64,000 nucleotides of DNA from Eledone cirrhosa (lineage: Eukaryota). The notes under the pieces are model-generated. The model did no database searches, had not been told where the DNA came from, and saw nothing but the letters and a program-made list of their open reading frames with translations. The stretch is taken from positions 295,120,001 to 295,184,000 of the forward strand of contig OZ024742.1 of assembly GCA_964016885.1 (NCBI GenBank). Direction: 5' to 3'. This document shows positions 24,958 through 36,844 of the stretch, piece by piece (the stretch's first letter is position 1; each line of letters begins with the position of its first letter). A program made the translations under genes and the position numbers.

Positions 24958-26203
24958 TAAATAATCATTTTAGTAAATCCCTCCAAATTCTTCATTAAGT
25001 AATTAAAATAATGTTTTTCATTAGAAATATGGTAAGGAATGATTTAAAATATCTGTTGTACATGGTGTTATAAAGTTATTGAGTAGAAATGTCAAATGGA
25101 AATTTTATATTAAATATCATGACCCTTTACTGCTATCATTTTTTTCCCCCATAAGGTTCTTAACTGTCTCCCACTTCTTTAGGTTGTAAACAAAGAATTT
25201 AAAAATTGTACATTGTGTTAAATCTTAACATCCTCTAATGATTTAGAAGAAAATGTCTATAAACAAGTTGTTTATTCAAACTTTTATAGTATCTTTATAA
25301 GGACAAATCATTGTGAAAATTTGCAGCATTTGCAGGTTACTGTAACTTTTAACATCCTGTAATGATTTAACAGAAAATAGCTAAAATCAGATTTGTTAAA
25401 TCAAATATTCATAGTATCTTTATCAGTCGACAGATTTTTGAGAACATTTGCTGTGAACTAAAGCCTTTTATTTCTGTTTCCTACTCAACCTTCGATTCAT
25501 TACCAACAACCAGTGCTTAGCTACCACAGTTCCTCTACTTCCCCTACCATCCTTTCAGTTTTTACTCCTTCTTACTCGTTGATATACTTTCTCCATATTT
25601 ATTTGGGTACATTTGCATTGAAAAAATGAAGGCTCCTCAACCTTGCAGAAGCCAAGGCAACCTCTCTAGTGACAGTGCCACAATAAAATACACTCTGTAC
25701 ACTGTATAGTAGTTGGTATTAGGACGGGCTTTCAGCTATAGAAACCATGCCAAAAATAGAAATTATAAGTTAAACAGGATTCTCCAACCTATCTAAAATA
25801 GTAACACCAAATACGAACTGCCACAGATCATAACAACTCATCTAATACATGCCAGGAGGGGAAATAGGTGTAAAATAGTGATAATAATGATCAACTTGGA
25901 ACCAAATCCTCATTAATGTTTCATGTTTTCCATACAGGCATGGGTTGGACAATATGAGAATATGAACGCTATGTAGAGGGAAGAAGGAAGGTTAACTACA
26001 GCTTCCCTCTGTGTGAGCATATGTAAATGTATGTATATATAAATATATATACATATATACTTATTAAAAACAAAGAGATGGTCTTTAATAAAGTATCTAT
26101 ACTCCGTTGAATACCATACATATAATACCAATTCTTACTTATATGAACACACAAAATGGAGAGTGTTTAAGCCTAATTACATCAAATTATCTTGATAGCA
26201 AAG

Positions 26204-26327
26204 TCCCTTTACAATCTGAGTTCAAATCCCGCCGAGGTTGACTTTGCCTTTCATCCTTACGGGGTCGATAAAATAAAGTACCAGTAATGCACTGGGTAAT
26301 TGTTGCCCTTGTGCCTAAAGTAGAAAC
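26204..26327 (+). mobile_element. Young 5'-truncated copy of the same SINE with a perfect 19-bp TSD
   Basis: TSD AATTATCTTGATAGCAAAG at 26185-26203 and 26328-26346; the body is a near-perfect reverse complement of about 23923-24047. Confidence 0.92.
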
Positions 26328-26774
26328 AATTATCTTGATAGCAAAGATCAACTAACACCGATATTTGAAAAAAATAAAAAACTATATATATATATTCTTT
26401 TGTCAGAATTTAAAATCTACCACTAACACACTAGACAGTATTTTGGCAGTGACATGGGCTTTCGTAAGTGGAGATTGTTCAGTGTATGTTTTTGCATGAG
26501 GGATGAGGGCATTACTGGGATGGCAAATTCCTCATTGGCTATAAACGTTTGTAGTTAGTGGTTTTCTCCCATGTGGGCCGTAATTAAGCAGAACAGAACC
26601 ATGATAAAAAGGACCTTTTTTACCACATAATGTTACTGTTGTTTAGCCTCAGGTCAGCCTTAATTGAGCAAACCTATGAACAAAGGCATTCCAGCCATGA
26701 TCATCCTGTCTTTTTAGGTGTACACTTATTTAGGTGCAGGAACAGGGAGAACTATCACTCTGTTCTGTTACATA

Positions 26775-27000
26775 TGGAGGCTTCATGACCGATCGTGTTG
26801 TGGACTGGGTTGTGAGTTGTTCTTGAGCAAAACACTTCATTTCATGTATTTCCAGTATACTCAGCTGAAAATAAGCACCAGCAATAACTGGGAGTTTAAT
26901 CCTGCAATGGACTAGCGTCCAATCCATTCAGTCGCTTCATGCCACGGAAACTGGGATTAGCACTGGCTTGATGAGCTTCTGGGCTTGAGATAGACTTTAG
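26775..27000 (+). mobile_element. CORE-type SINE copy (relatives near 43350-43460, 45255-45365 and inverted at 42100-42230)
   Basis: GTTCTTGAGCAAAACACTTCATTTCA...CTCAGCTG central motif recurs across the window. Confidence 0.6.
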
Positions 27001-28173
27001 ATTTAGATAACGGTGAGGTAGATTTGGTTGCTAACTGGTCAAACAACTATGTAGAGAAGTTCCTTCACTGGCTTAAATGTGAAGATGAAATATAGTTATA
27101 TGCCACAAGGCTACCCTCCACCCAACTTCCCCTAATTTCATCAGCATAATCATATTATGCTTGCATTCCAAGGTGGAATGAGTTGAACAGGCTGTCATGG
27201 TCCAAGGCTAAATGAGTCAGAGAAACACATCTTGCTCATACGTTCCACAATAGAAAAAAATAATTTTCATAGGTTGGGTAGGGTTTACTTTTTTTTTAGA
27301 AAGACAATTAACTTTCTCAATTAATTTGATAAATCATATATATATATGGCTGTAGAGCACTGCCTGTTGGATTCTGTGTGTAACCTGTTTAGAATAGATA
27401 CACTATATCCCTGAGTGCCATAAGGTTTGACTAAAAGGGTTGGCATCCAGCTGTAAAACATTGCTTGTATGAAGCCTACAAGACTAATCTCTTCTAGAGC
27501 AAGGAAAAAGGTCTCAAAATACATTTTATTTTATACATATAAGAATAAATATGCTAACTATTGCTGGAAATTATTTAGTATGTAGTGTAAATACAAAAAG
27601 CCATGTCTTCAGCTATCCCCAAACCATCTATTGATATATATTACCATATTTCCTGAAGTGAAAGACACACACCAATTTTGACGTTTTGGTAAAATACCTT
27701 GACCAGGTAACATCACATAATTATCTCACAGGTCAATAGCATAGTCAATATTATCATTGATTATATGTTGTGCTAGTCTCTGTGCTAGTTGTGAGTTCAA
27801 ACCATGTCATCATAATTTTATGTTCATTTTTCCATGCTGACATGGGTTGGACAGATTATCAGACAAATCAGTTCTTAATCAGATTTACTGTACACCTACA
27901 TAGATTAGGAGACTACACCCTGTTAGTAACATCATAAGTAATTAATTATGAGGATATTTTGGGCATGGTCAAAAGAATAAGAACAATCTATTTCTGTGGT
28001 TTGAATAAAGGGTTCAGTTCAAAATTCTGAGAATATTACTGACGACAACAGGCACCTGAAGATTGCTGGTGGGTACAATGATTGAAACGTGATTATAACA
28101 AACATGATGAGGACACTAATCTGAATAAATCTGTGTAAAATAAAGGTAAAAATAGTTTTTACTGTGTACTCAC

Positions 28174-31100
28174 CTTTCAGTAAGGTAAATGTTGTCAATA
28201 ATTTCCTCATAAGATCCATCATTTTCTTTGTTTGCTTCAACATCTGGTCGGCTTGGAGTATCTTTAACTGATGCTGACACTACATTCGGTACATCCTCTT
28301 GAAGAGCTACATCTTTATTTTTGTCTTCCTCTTCCACCACTTCTTCCTCCTCCTCCTCTTCTAAAATAGTATCAACTGTTGGCTTCTGCAGATACGACTT
28401 CCGATGATCTTCAATAACGCTGCCAGTTGAGGTTGTCTTGTTACTAATTAAAACTTCATCTGGGCTTTGGAATGTAGTTGAAACCACAGCTTGGGACTTT
28501 TGTTGAGGAGACATCTGTATGGACGGCTGCTGGAGCAATGATGGTGTCGCTTGCTGCAGGAGTGTAGCTGGTTGTGTCGGATGAATATTATTATTTGATT
28601 GAGATCCTAAAGGTGTAGTAAGGTCAGATGGCTGAGTATATGAAGATGGTAAAGATGGGGTTGTTGATAATGTCTGTGGCAGAGATGGCAAAGAAGATGT
28701 CACAATAGTTGCAGATGGTAATGGTAATGTTTGTGGTGAAGGGGAAATTTGTGGTGATAGTGTGGTGGGTGGTACTGTAGTGCTAATGCTATTGGACATG
28801 TCAGTAGATGTACTAGTTATGTGGGCACTAGCCGACAGCCACTCAGCTTCCATGGTTTTTCTCCACCTTGACTTGACCTTTAAGGGACGTGATGACATAA
28901 GGGAATCTTCTTTTTTAATTTCTTTAACAGCAGCTGGTTGGTCAGTAGTAGTTATTGTTGTTGTTGTTGTATTAGTTGTTGAAGTCATTTGGAATGAATC
29001 TTTCAGAAGAGAAGATGTACTATTTTGTGTCGGGTTCAGGCCATAGCTACTTGTAACAGCTGAAGTTCTTTTTATTTGACTAACTGCACTAGAGGCTGCA
29101 TCTGTTTGTGGTGAATTATCAGAGGCAACGTTTAATGTAGCCGTTTCACACTCCTCTTGTTTAACCTCACATTCTGATCCCATCTGATCCAATTTCATCT
29201 TCTCAGGTTCCATCAGTTTTTTGTTCCGTGTCACACGTTTAGGTTTCTCTTTTGATATTTCCACAACTTTTTTTTCGTCTTTCACCTGTTTGTTGTTAAC
29301 ATCGCGACGCTTTTTATCCATCTCTTCCTTCAGATCCTCCTCCTCTTTGTTGCTGGCTCGGTTTCTAGTTCGTCTCACTTCACGTTCTTTTTTTTCTTCT
29401 ATTTCTTTTGCTGTCTCTTCTTTTATGGAAACCTCCTTCATTCCCGAATCTTCGATACTTTTATCGTCATTAATGAGCTTTTCTTTCTCTTCAGGTTCTT
29501 TATCTGTCTTCAGTTCTTTCTTTTCCTTCTTTGAACGGCAGTCTTTCTCCTTCTTGCCTTCCTTCTCGCGGACCCTCTTCTCTTCCAGTGATCGGATACG
29601 ACCACTTCTTCTGGGTGTAGGAGTCAGACAGGTTTGAGAGATACTCTCAGACTTTCTACCAGCTTTCATAGATTTCTCTTGAATTGATGATTCCAAGTCT
29701 TCATCCTTACTACCATCTTCGCTTCTCATGCTGGTCTCCATTAAAGTAGAACATTCAGTATTATCTTCATTAACATTGATCTCAACTGTAGGTTCAGTTC
29801 TTGAAGAAAAGGCATCATTATGTCTTGATGATATCTCTTCTTCATTGCTTTGTTCTGTCTCTTCCACTTGTTCCTCCATCTTGACTTTAAACTGCTCAAT
29901 ATTAACTACTGAAACTTCATTTGAACTCAATACACTTGGCTCTTTTGATTCATTTGACTCATTTTCTTTAGACAATTCAACATTTACATGTTCTTCTTGT
30001 GTTTCCAATGATGCCATGTCCTTCGATGGGGGTTCAAACTTCGGTTCAACTTTTAATATATCTTCCTTCTTTGTGGTGAGTGATTCAATTTTACTAACCT
30101 TTCCTTGGTCTCTAAATTCAAGACTACTTTCACGATATAGCGAAACAGTCTGTTCTTTAACACTATCGCTCTTTTTCAGTGTGTCTACAGGGCTAACTTT
30201 AGCAGCTGTTATCGCTGGAATATCATGACTATCTGCATGGAAGATATTTTTAGATTCACTAATTATTTCAAAGATATTTTGATTCAGTAACTTGGAGCTT
30301 TGTATTTCATTCGAAGTAACAACAGAAGAAGGTGGAGCTGACTTCACCATATCACTATGTTTGCTCTGAGGTGGATTAGAAACATCCCAGCGAGATGTCG
30401 GTCTACCACCACTCACCTTCGCTGTCTTCATTTCCTTTCCGCTCAAAACTACCTGATTAGTGTTTTTGGGAGAAAGAAACAACTTGTCTAATTTCTGATT
30501 ATTAATATTTGGTCTCATGCTCTTCTGAAGGGCATGGAATTTGGGCTTGTTGATTTTGGGGAATTTTTCATCAGAAGACGTCACATCAACTGAGTAAGTA
30601 CTGTCTGTGGTAATACTATGAATAACATGCTGAAATTTTATATGCTTCTTCTCAGTAGACGTATGACGAGGGATTTCTGCTGGGTATTTAGTAACTGTCA
30701 TAGAACTGGACAATTCTGGAGATTGGTATTTCGTTTTCTGTTCATCACCAGTTGTCGTAATAGTGTTCTCATGGTTGAAAATATCACAGCTTGTTTTCTG
30801 CATATCACTAGAAGAAATTTCATTCTCTCGATTTGATAATATAGAACTATCTGTTACCTTGCAAACTGACTTCAGAGAAAATTTATTTTCAGTCTTCTCC
30901 TTTGATGCTTCTATTTGTATATCTTGACTTTGATTATTATTACTATTATTACTACTACTACATGAGGTGGAAATGATAGATTGGTCATCATGATTGTCAG
31001 TCGTCTCTACTTGAAATAGTTCAGATTGCTCTTGATTATTGGTGTTGTTGCTGCTCATAGCAGAAGACACGTTTAAATTTGTTTCAATGTAGCAAGAACT

Positions 31101-34100
31101 TTCAGGAGAATCAACTTCCATTAGTTCTTCTTCGAAGTTATCTTTCAGGCAAAGATTTTCCGTTGTGTTTACAACAGCAGTAACTCTCCTCTCTTGACTC
31201 TCAATTTCAATATCACGCTGGTTCAGTTGACTCTTCTTTTGATCAGTAGAGTCAGAATCTGGTGTATACTGATCAAGTGAAGATTGTGAAGAAGTTTGTT
31301 CTGTGGTTTTAAATGCTACTTTACTTGATTGCTCTGTTAATAAATAGTCAGAGGAACTAACTTCTGCTTCTCCTAAATGGCTACTGACTGATGTTCTCTG
31401 CTTCGTGGTCTCAGCAGGTTTGACAATGGTATGAGAAGATTGTATAACAGGGACAACTATATCTGTAGAAACAGTATTTTTCATCTGAGTTGATACTAAT
31501 TTTGTCTCAGATTGGTCAATAGGTTTGGTTTCTGAACTGCATGTGTCTTTCACTGGTAAATTTGGTGTGTCAATTGTCTTTGTCTGAGCTGTTTGTTTGT
31601 TAAACAAAGAAAAATATTTGTTGTAATCTTCAGCAGAAGAGACTGTGGGTTTCACAGAAATATTTGACATTAATATTTGATTTTCAAGCCCCTGTTTACT
31701 ATGACAACTATCTATCTTTGGAGATTGGGTGAGAGAGTCTGCAACATATAATTTATCTACTGGATAGTGAGCAATGGATTTCTGTACAGTATTTTGTGGT
31801 GTCATAGCCACTTTAGGTTCACTGTAACTACTTATACTAATATCTGTAGCAGCAACGGGTGTTGGTTTCACAGATTGTGGTTGATCTTTTCGAGAGGAAC
31901 TGATATCTTTGTTGCTGTTAAGGATCACAGTTGGTGATTGGGTAGGTATTGGTGGTTTACTTGATGGTGCATAACTGCTCAAAACATTATAGTTTGAATT
32001 TTCAAGTTTAACTCCGTAGGGTCGAGTTAAAAAGTTTGAGGTGCTTTCAGCTGGTGGCGGTGGTGGTGGGGGAGGTGGTGGGGGTGGTGGCGGTGGTACA
32101 GGTAAATGACCCACAGGAACGGGTGGCAGAATCATCGGGTTTTGCAAGCAGGGACCTAGATTGATATTGGAGTTCATGTTGACAGTTGAAGTAGGAACAG
32201 AAGACATATTGAGTTGGTTGATGTTTGAAGTTAGAGCAAAGTTTTGTGTTGGAGCATTGTTGTGAGTGACCTTAGGGAAATCTTTTAAAACTGTGGGGAT
32301 TCTATGTTCTGAGACAGTACTAGGGATATTTAAATTAATTCTTGAAGGGTCTGTCATAGTTTGAGACACAGGTGTAATAGGAACTATGTTTGTGTGGCCT
32401 TTCTGTTGCATACTATTCAAAAGAGGGGGATAAGTTGAAGTGTCCCCTAATACAGGTGGAATAGCAGTTGTACTATTAATTCTCTGGTTTACATCAATGT
32501 TGTGGCTTGCTTCTAGAGGAGCTAACCAAGACATTGCACTAGTGTTAGGCTGATAGAGATTACCAAAACCTTGGTAAGAATTAACTGCAGTGGAATTTTG
32601 TGCAAAATTGATCTCATAATCATTTGGTTCATCTCGAACTGGCGTTGAATCACCATAATTGTAATTAGTTGCTGCATTACCACATTCCTCTAATTTATTA
32701 CCATAATTCTGAATTTGATGTTCTTGACCATATACTGGCAATGGGTTTGGTGGAACTGTATTCGAGCTAGAGACAACTACATTAGAAGAACCATAATGAA
32801 GTTGGTTATAATGTTTCATACTGTCTAAGTTTTGGACTGGGGAACTATCGCTATCACTGGCTTGGCCGTAATGAACACTGATAGCATTTATTCCACTCCC
32901 TATGCTGGAGGATTTAGACGTATATGAGTGACGAACTGGAGAACCAGAATCCTTTAAACAACTATCCATATCAGAAACTCTTTCATCTGGAGCGTGAAAA
33001 TTTCTCCTGTTCCTTCGGTCGTAGCGATCAGAGTAGATATCATCAGATCGCATATGTTTATCTTGGCCGTAAAACATCCTGTCATCATAGCGAGATCTCT
33101 TGTCCTCATAATGTGATCGATTATAATAATCATCATCATAGTAATGAGAAGATATTCGATTGTCATATGTATCTCTTTTATATCGATCAGAATTACGACT
33201 ATAGCGGTTATCATCATATCTTTCACTCCACCGGCTCCTCTTATCTCTAGTATTAAAGCGTCTTTGAGAGTTTCTATACTCATATGAATTATCAGAACGA
33301 TTTTTCATATGATCATTTGATGACCTCTCTGAAGGTTTTTCAGATAAAGATCTTTCATTTGATTTTTCCCGTGGAGATCTTTCGTAAGATTTTTCTCTCG
33401 TATATCGGTCCCTTGATCTGCCACGAGTGGACCGGTCTCGTGACCTATCACGAGTGGATCGATCCCGTGACCTGTCTCGATTTGACCGATCTCTGTTTGA
33501 CCTATCACGCCTGTCTCGAGATGATCTATCATACGATCTTTCACGAGATCTATCTCGTGTTGACCTTTCTCGTGATCTATCCCAGTCTCTCGATCTGTCC
33601 TGAGATTTCTCCCTTCCACCTCTTTCATATGATTGCCCTCTAACAGAGCGATCATGGGAACTGTCCCTTCCAGAACGATCATGAGTATTTCGATCACGAG
33701 ACTTGTCAGAAGTCTTATCATATTTATCTCGAGTTGAGCGATCATACGTTCGTTCCGTTGATGAATGGTCTGAACTTCTATCACGTGTAGACTTACCCCG
33801 AGATTGAGTGGATGACACAGGTTCATGGGATTTCTCAGGAGTTATATTAACAGGCTTATCACCACTCGGTGCTTTTTCAGGAAGCTTTTCTTTGTTCAAA
33901 TTTTCACTCGGTGTCTCATTAGGAACAACTTCTTTTGGTTTATCATTCATAATGGTTGAATTTTCACGACTATTTTCATGAGATTTTTCATGAGATTTTT
34001 CTGGAATTTTCTCCAGGCTGCTAAATTTTTCATTGCCTAAATCTTGTGATTTCTCCTCCAATGATGATTGCTTCTCTTCCTCCTTCCCTAAAAGAGATAT

Positions 34101-35226
34101 TTCTGATATTTTATCACTTACTTTACTGAGTAAGGTTTTATCTACTGTTTTCTCATTTGGAGAACTTCGCTCTATTGTGAAGGGCTCAGGTTCCAGCGCT
34201 GTTGGTGACGTTTGTGATTTCTTCTGAACATTTTCCAAAATCTCTAAGCTTTTGATTAATGCAAGCTGCTGGGGTTTGACAGACTCTACCTCAGCTGGTT
34301 TAAACATTTCTCTCTTCCTGGTGACAAACTGACCAGGGTTACTATTAATAACATCCTCTTCTTCAACAATAGATTCTGTTTTATCACCAACAATGGGTCT
34401 GTTTTTACGTTTTATCTGGAACGAAACCTTTGGTTTGCCACCCCCATCTGGTGACTTCAGAGAAAACCGAGTTATTCTATTGGGAGTTTTTGCTAGTATA
34501 TGATTTTTATCAGATTTAGAGTCCTTTTGAGTGTCTAGCAATGAAAGGGATTTCACTATATCTGAGCTATCTTTTTTCCCAGAACGCGTTACTTCTTTAT
34601 CCACGCTATCAGTGCATGGAGTTGAAGAAGACACTACATTATTATTGTTAGTATTATTATTATTATTATTATTATTATGCTGCACTATATTTTGTGCCTG
34701 AAAATTTGATATATCTAAGGAAGGAGGTGTTACTGGTAAGACTGGTGGTGGTGGTGGTGGAACAGGAGGTACAGGTGTGAGGGGTAAAGGGGGCAGTGTG
34801 GAAACTGATGGTGTCATTGGCATAGACACAGGAGGTGGCACTGGTTGTGGTACCATAGTAGATATTTGTGATACATCACTAGATAATGACAAACCACTTA
34901 ATGCAAAATGAATTCGTGTTGTGTTAGTTGTGGAACTGGAGCTTGCAGATGAATGTGAAGATGGAGGTACGACAATACTGGACATAATTTTCGAGGAACT
35001 ACACTCATCAGTGTGTTTTTTTTTTGTGAAAGCCACAGTTTGATTTTGTGATGAAAATAATGAATCTTCAACAACAGTGTCGGCTGCTGCTGCTGGTGGC
35101 AGGGGAACAGAAGAAAGATCAACATTGAAGAGTTGAGCATCAACTGGTTTAGAAATTAATTTTCCATCAGATTTTTGACTCATTTTTAAGACAGTAGTTC
35201 CCTTCTGGCTTAAATTTGTATTTTCC
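28174..35226 (-). CDS. SETD2: SETD2 giant exon (7053 nt): low-complexity N-terminal region with Pro-rich, RS/RD-rich and charged segments
   Basis: Contains the 2337-aa ORF; the frame stays open to acceptor ctttattgtttcAG at 35227; donor AG|GTGAGT at 28173. It ends YEEIIDNIYLTER, matching the pre-AWS segment of metazoan SETD2. Confidence 0.93.
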
Positions 35227-35460
35227 CTGAAACAATAAAGAAAACTTATTCAGATAAAGTAACATTTATAATATTCATAAAACATTTTTTTACAACAAAA
35301 CATGGAATCAACTGATCACTTTAACCTTTTTGTGACCATATTTCTAATGAAGGACACCGACTGTAATTTTTAAATAATTATGAAAATAATCAAGAATTTG
35401 GAAACATTTAGTAAAATAACTACCTTTCTCACTATTAAGTTGATGTTTTGAACATAACAT

Positions 35461-36611
35461 ACAAGAGTGGGCTGAAAAATTTGTAGGCTAACTATGAAGG
35501 AGTGATGTTAGAGCTGTGAAATCTACATGCATTAATTTCAACTCTTCTTATTAATAACTGTATGGTTTCTGACATCTGACTGTTCAAAGAAGACTTCAAA
35601 AGTAACTAGTAGCAACTTCTCTTGAAATTGGACAAAATTTGGCATCATGGTATTAACCCCCAAGGACATTCATGCTGACATGGTTGCTACATTAGGGGAT
35701 GACACTCCAGCTTTATCAACAGTGCAAAAGTGGGCAGCTGAATTTGAGAGAGGAAGGGAGAGTCTTGAAGATGACCCAAGGTCTGGACAACTTGCAACTG
35801 CCTCCACTGAGGAAAACATGGTGATGGATGACAGGCAACTGACTATAAATCAAATAGCTAATGTTATTAGTATATCCAGTGAGTGAGTTGGGAGTATTCT
35901 GCACAATAAACTTGGCATGACAAAGGTCTCTTCTCAGTGGGTACCATATCTTCTGACACCTGATCAAAAGTGCACCAGGCTGATAAAATCATGGGAAAAT
36001 CTGACATTGTTTGAGGCAGATCCAGCTGGTTACCTTGAACGTTTCCTAACCCAGGATGAGTATTGGGTTCATCACTTTGAGCTAGAGACAATTCATGTGG
36101 TAGCAACACCCCCCTCCTCACCTGTTCCATAGAAGGCGAAAGTTGTTTCATCTGCAGGGAAGATGATGGCCTCAGTTTTTAGGCATTGTGTTTATTGACT
36201 ATCTTCAAAAGGGTTACACCATCAATAGAGAGTACCATGCCAACTTCCTGAGGCAGTAATGAAAGGCTATTGAGACCAATGCTTCAGCACACAAGTCCTT
36301 GGTTTCAATGGCTTCTGTGCATGACTGTGGCTTTGAACTGGTTGAAAACCTTCTCTATTCTCCTGATTTGATTCCATTTAACTATCATATGTTCCCCAAC
36401 ATGAAAAAACACTTGGCTAGGAACCAGTATTGCAGTGATGATAATGTCATATCTGCTGTTGATGACTTTTTTGGCCAACAGGATGAAAGCGCTGTAACAC
36501 TGATGGAAGAAATGTATGGACTGCAAGAGGGACTATGTTGAAACATAAACCTTGGTTATATCCCATGAGAATATCCTGGTCAGCCTATGAACTTTTTTCA
36601 ACCGACCCCTG
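35461..36611 (+). mobile_element. Decayed near-full-length mariner element nested in a TTAA MITE (35321-36724)
   Basis: ORF fragments with TVQKWAAEFERGRESLEDDPRSG, WVPYLLT, TQDEYWVH and YSPDL; degenerate TIRs (GGCTGAAAAATTTGTAGGCTAAC / GTCAGCCTATGAAC..TTTTCAACC); the MITE halves resume on each side. Confidence 0.9.
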
Positions 36612-36844
36612 AAACAGATTCTTACATGAAGTTATGACTGAAGGTTTTTAGATAAATATATAAACTTTTAAACAAACAATTTTGCATCATAGAACCAAGG
36701 GCAGTTTGGTATAAAGTGGGTTAAACTAGTGTGAACACAGCATAGTCAACTGATTAGGATGTTCATTTCACAATCATGAGTCAGCCACTTACACATTAAT
36801 TTAACTAGAAGGCCATTCCATTGACCAAACAACTGGAATATTCA

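Noticed and set aside
28762-30228. Plus-strand ORFs of 94, 138 and 166 aa
   Set aside because: Antisense shadows of the K/E/S/T-rich SETD2 frame with no domain signal.
32924-33826. Overlapping alternative-frame and antisense ORFs (108-173 aa) over the RS domain
   Set aside because: Expected from repetitive Arg/Asp/Ser codons that lack stops in other frames.
35461-36611. SETMAR-like SET-mariner fusion
   Set aside because: Both mariner remnants are antisense to SETD2, lie 5' of the SET exons and are broken by stops and frameshifts.
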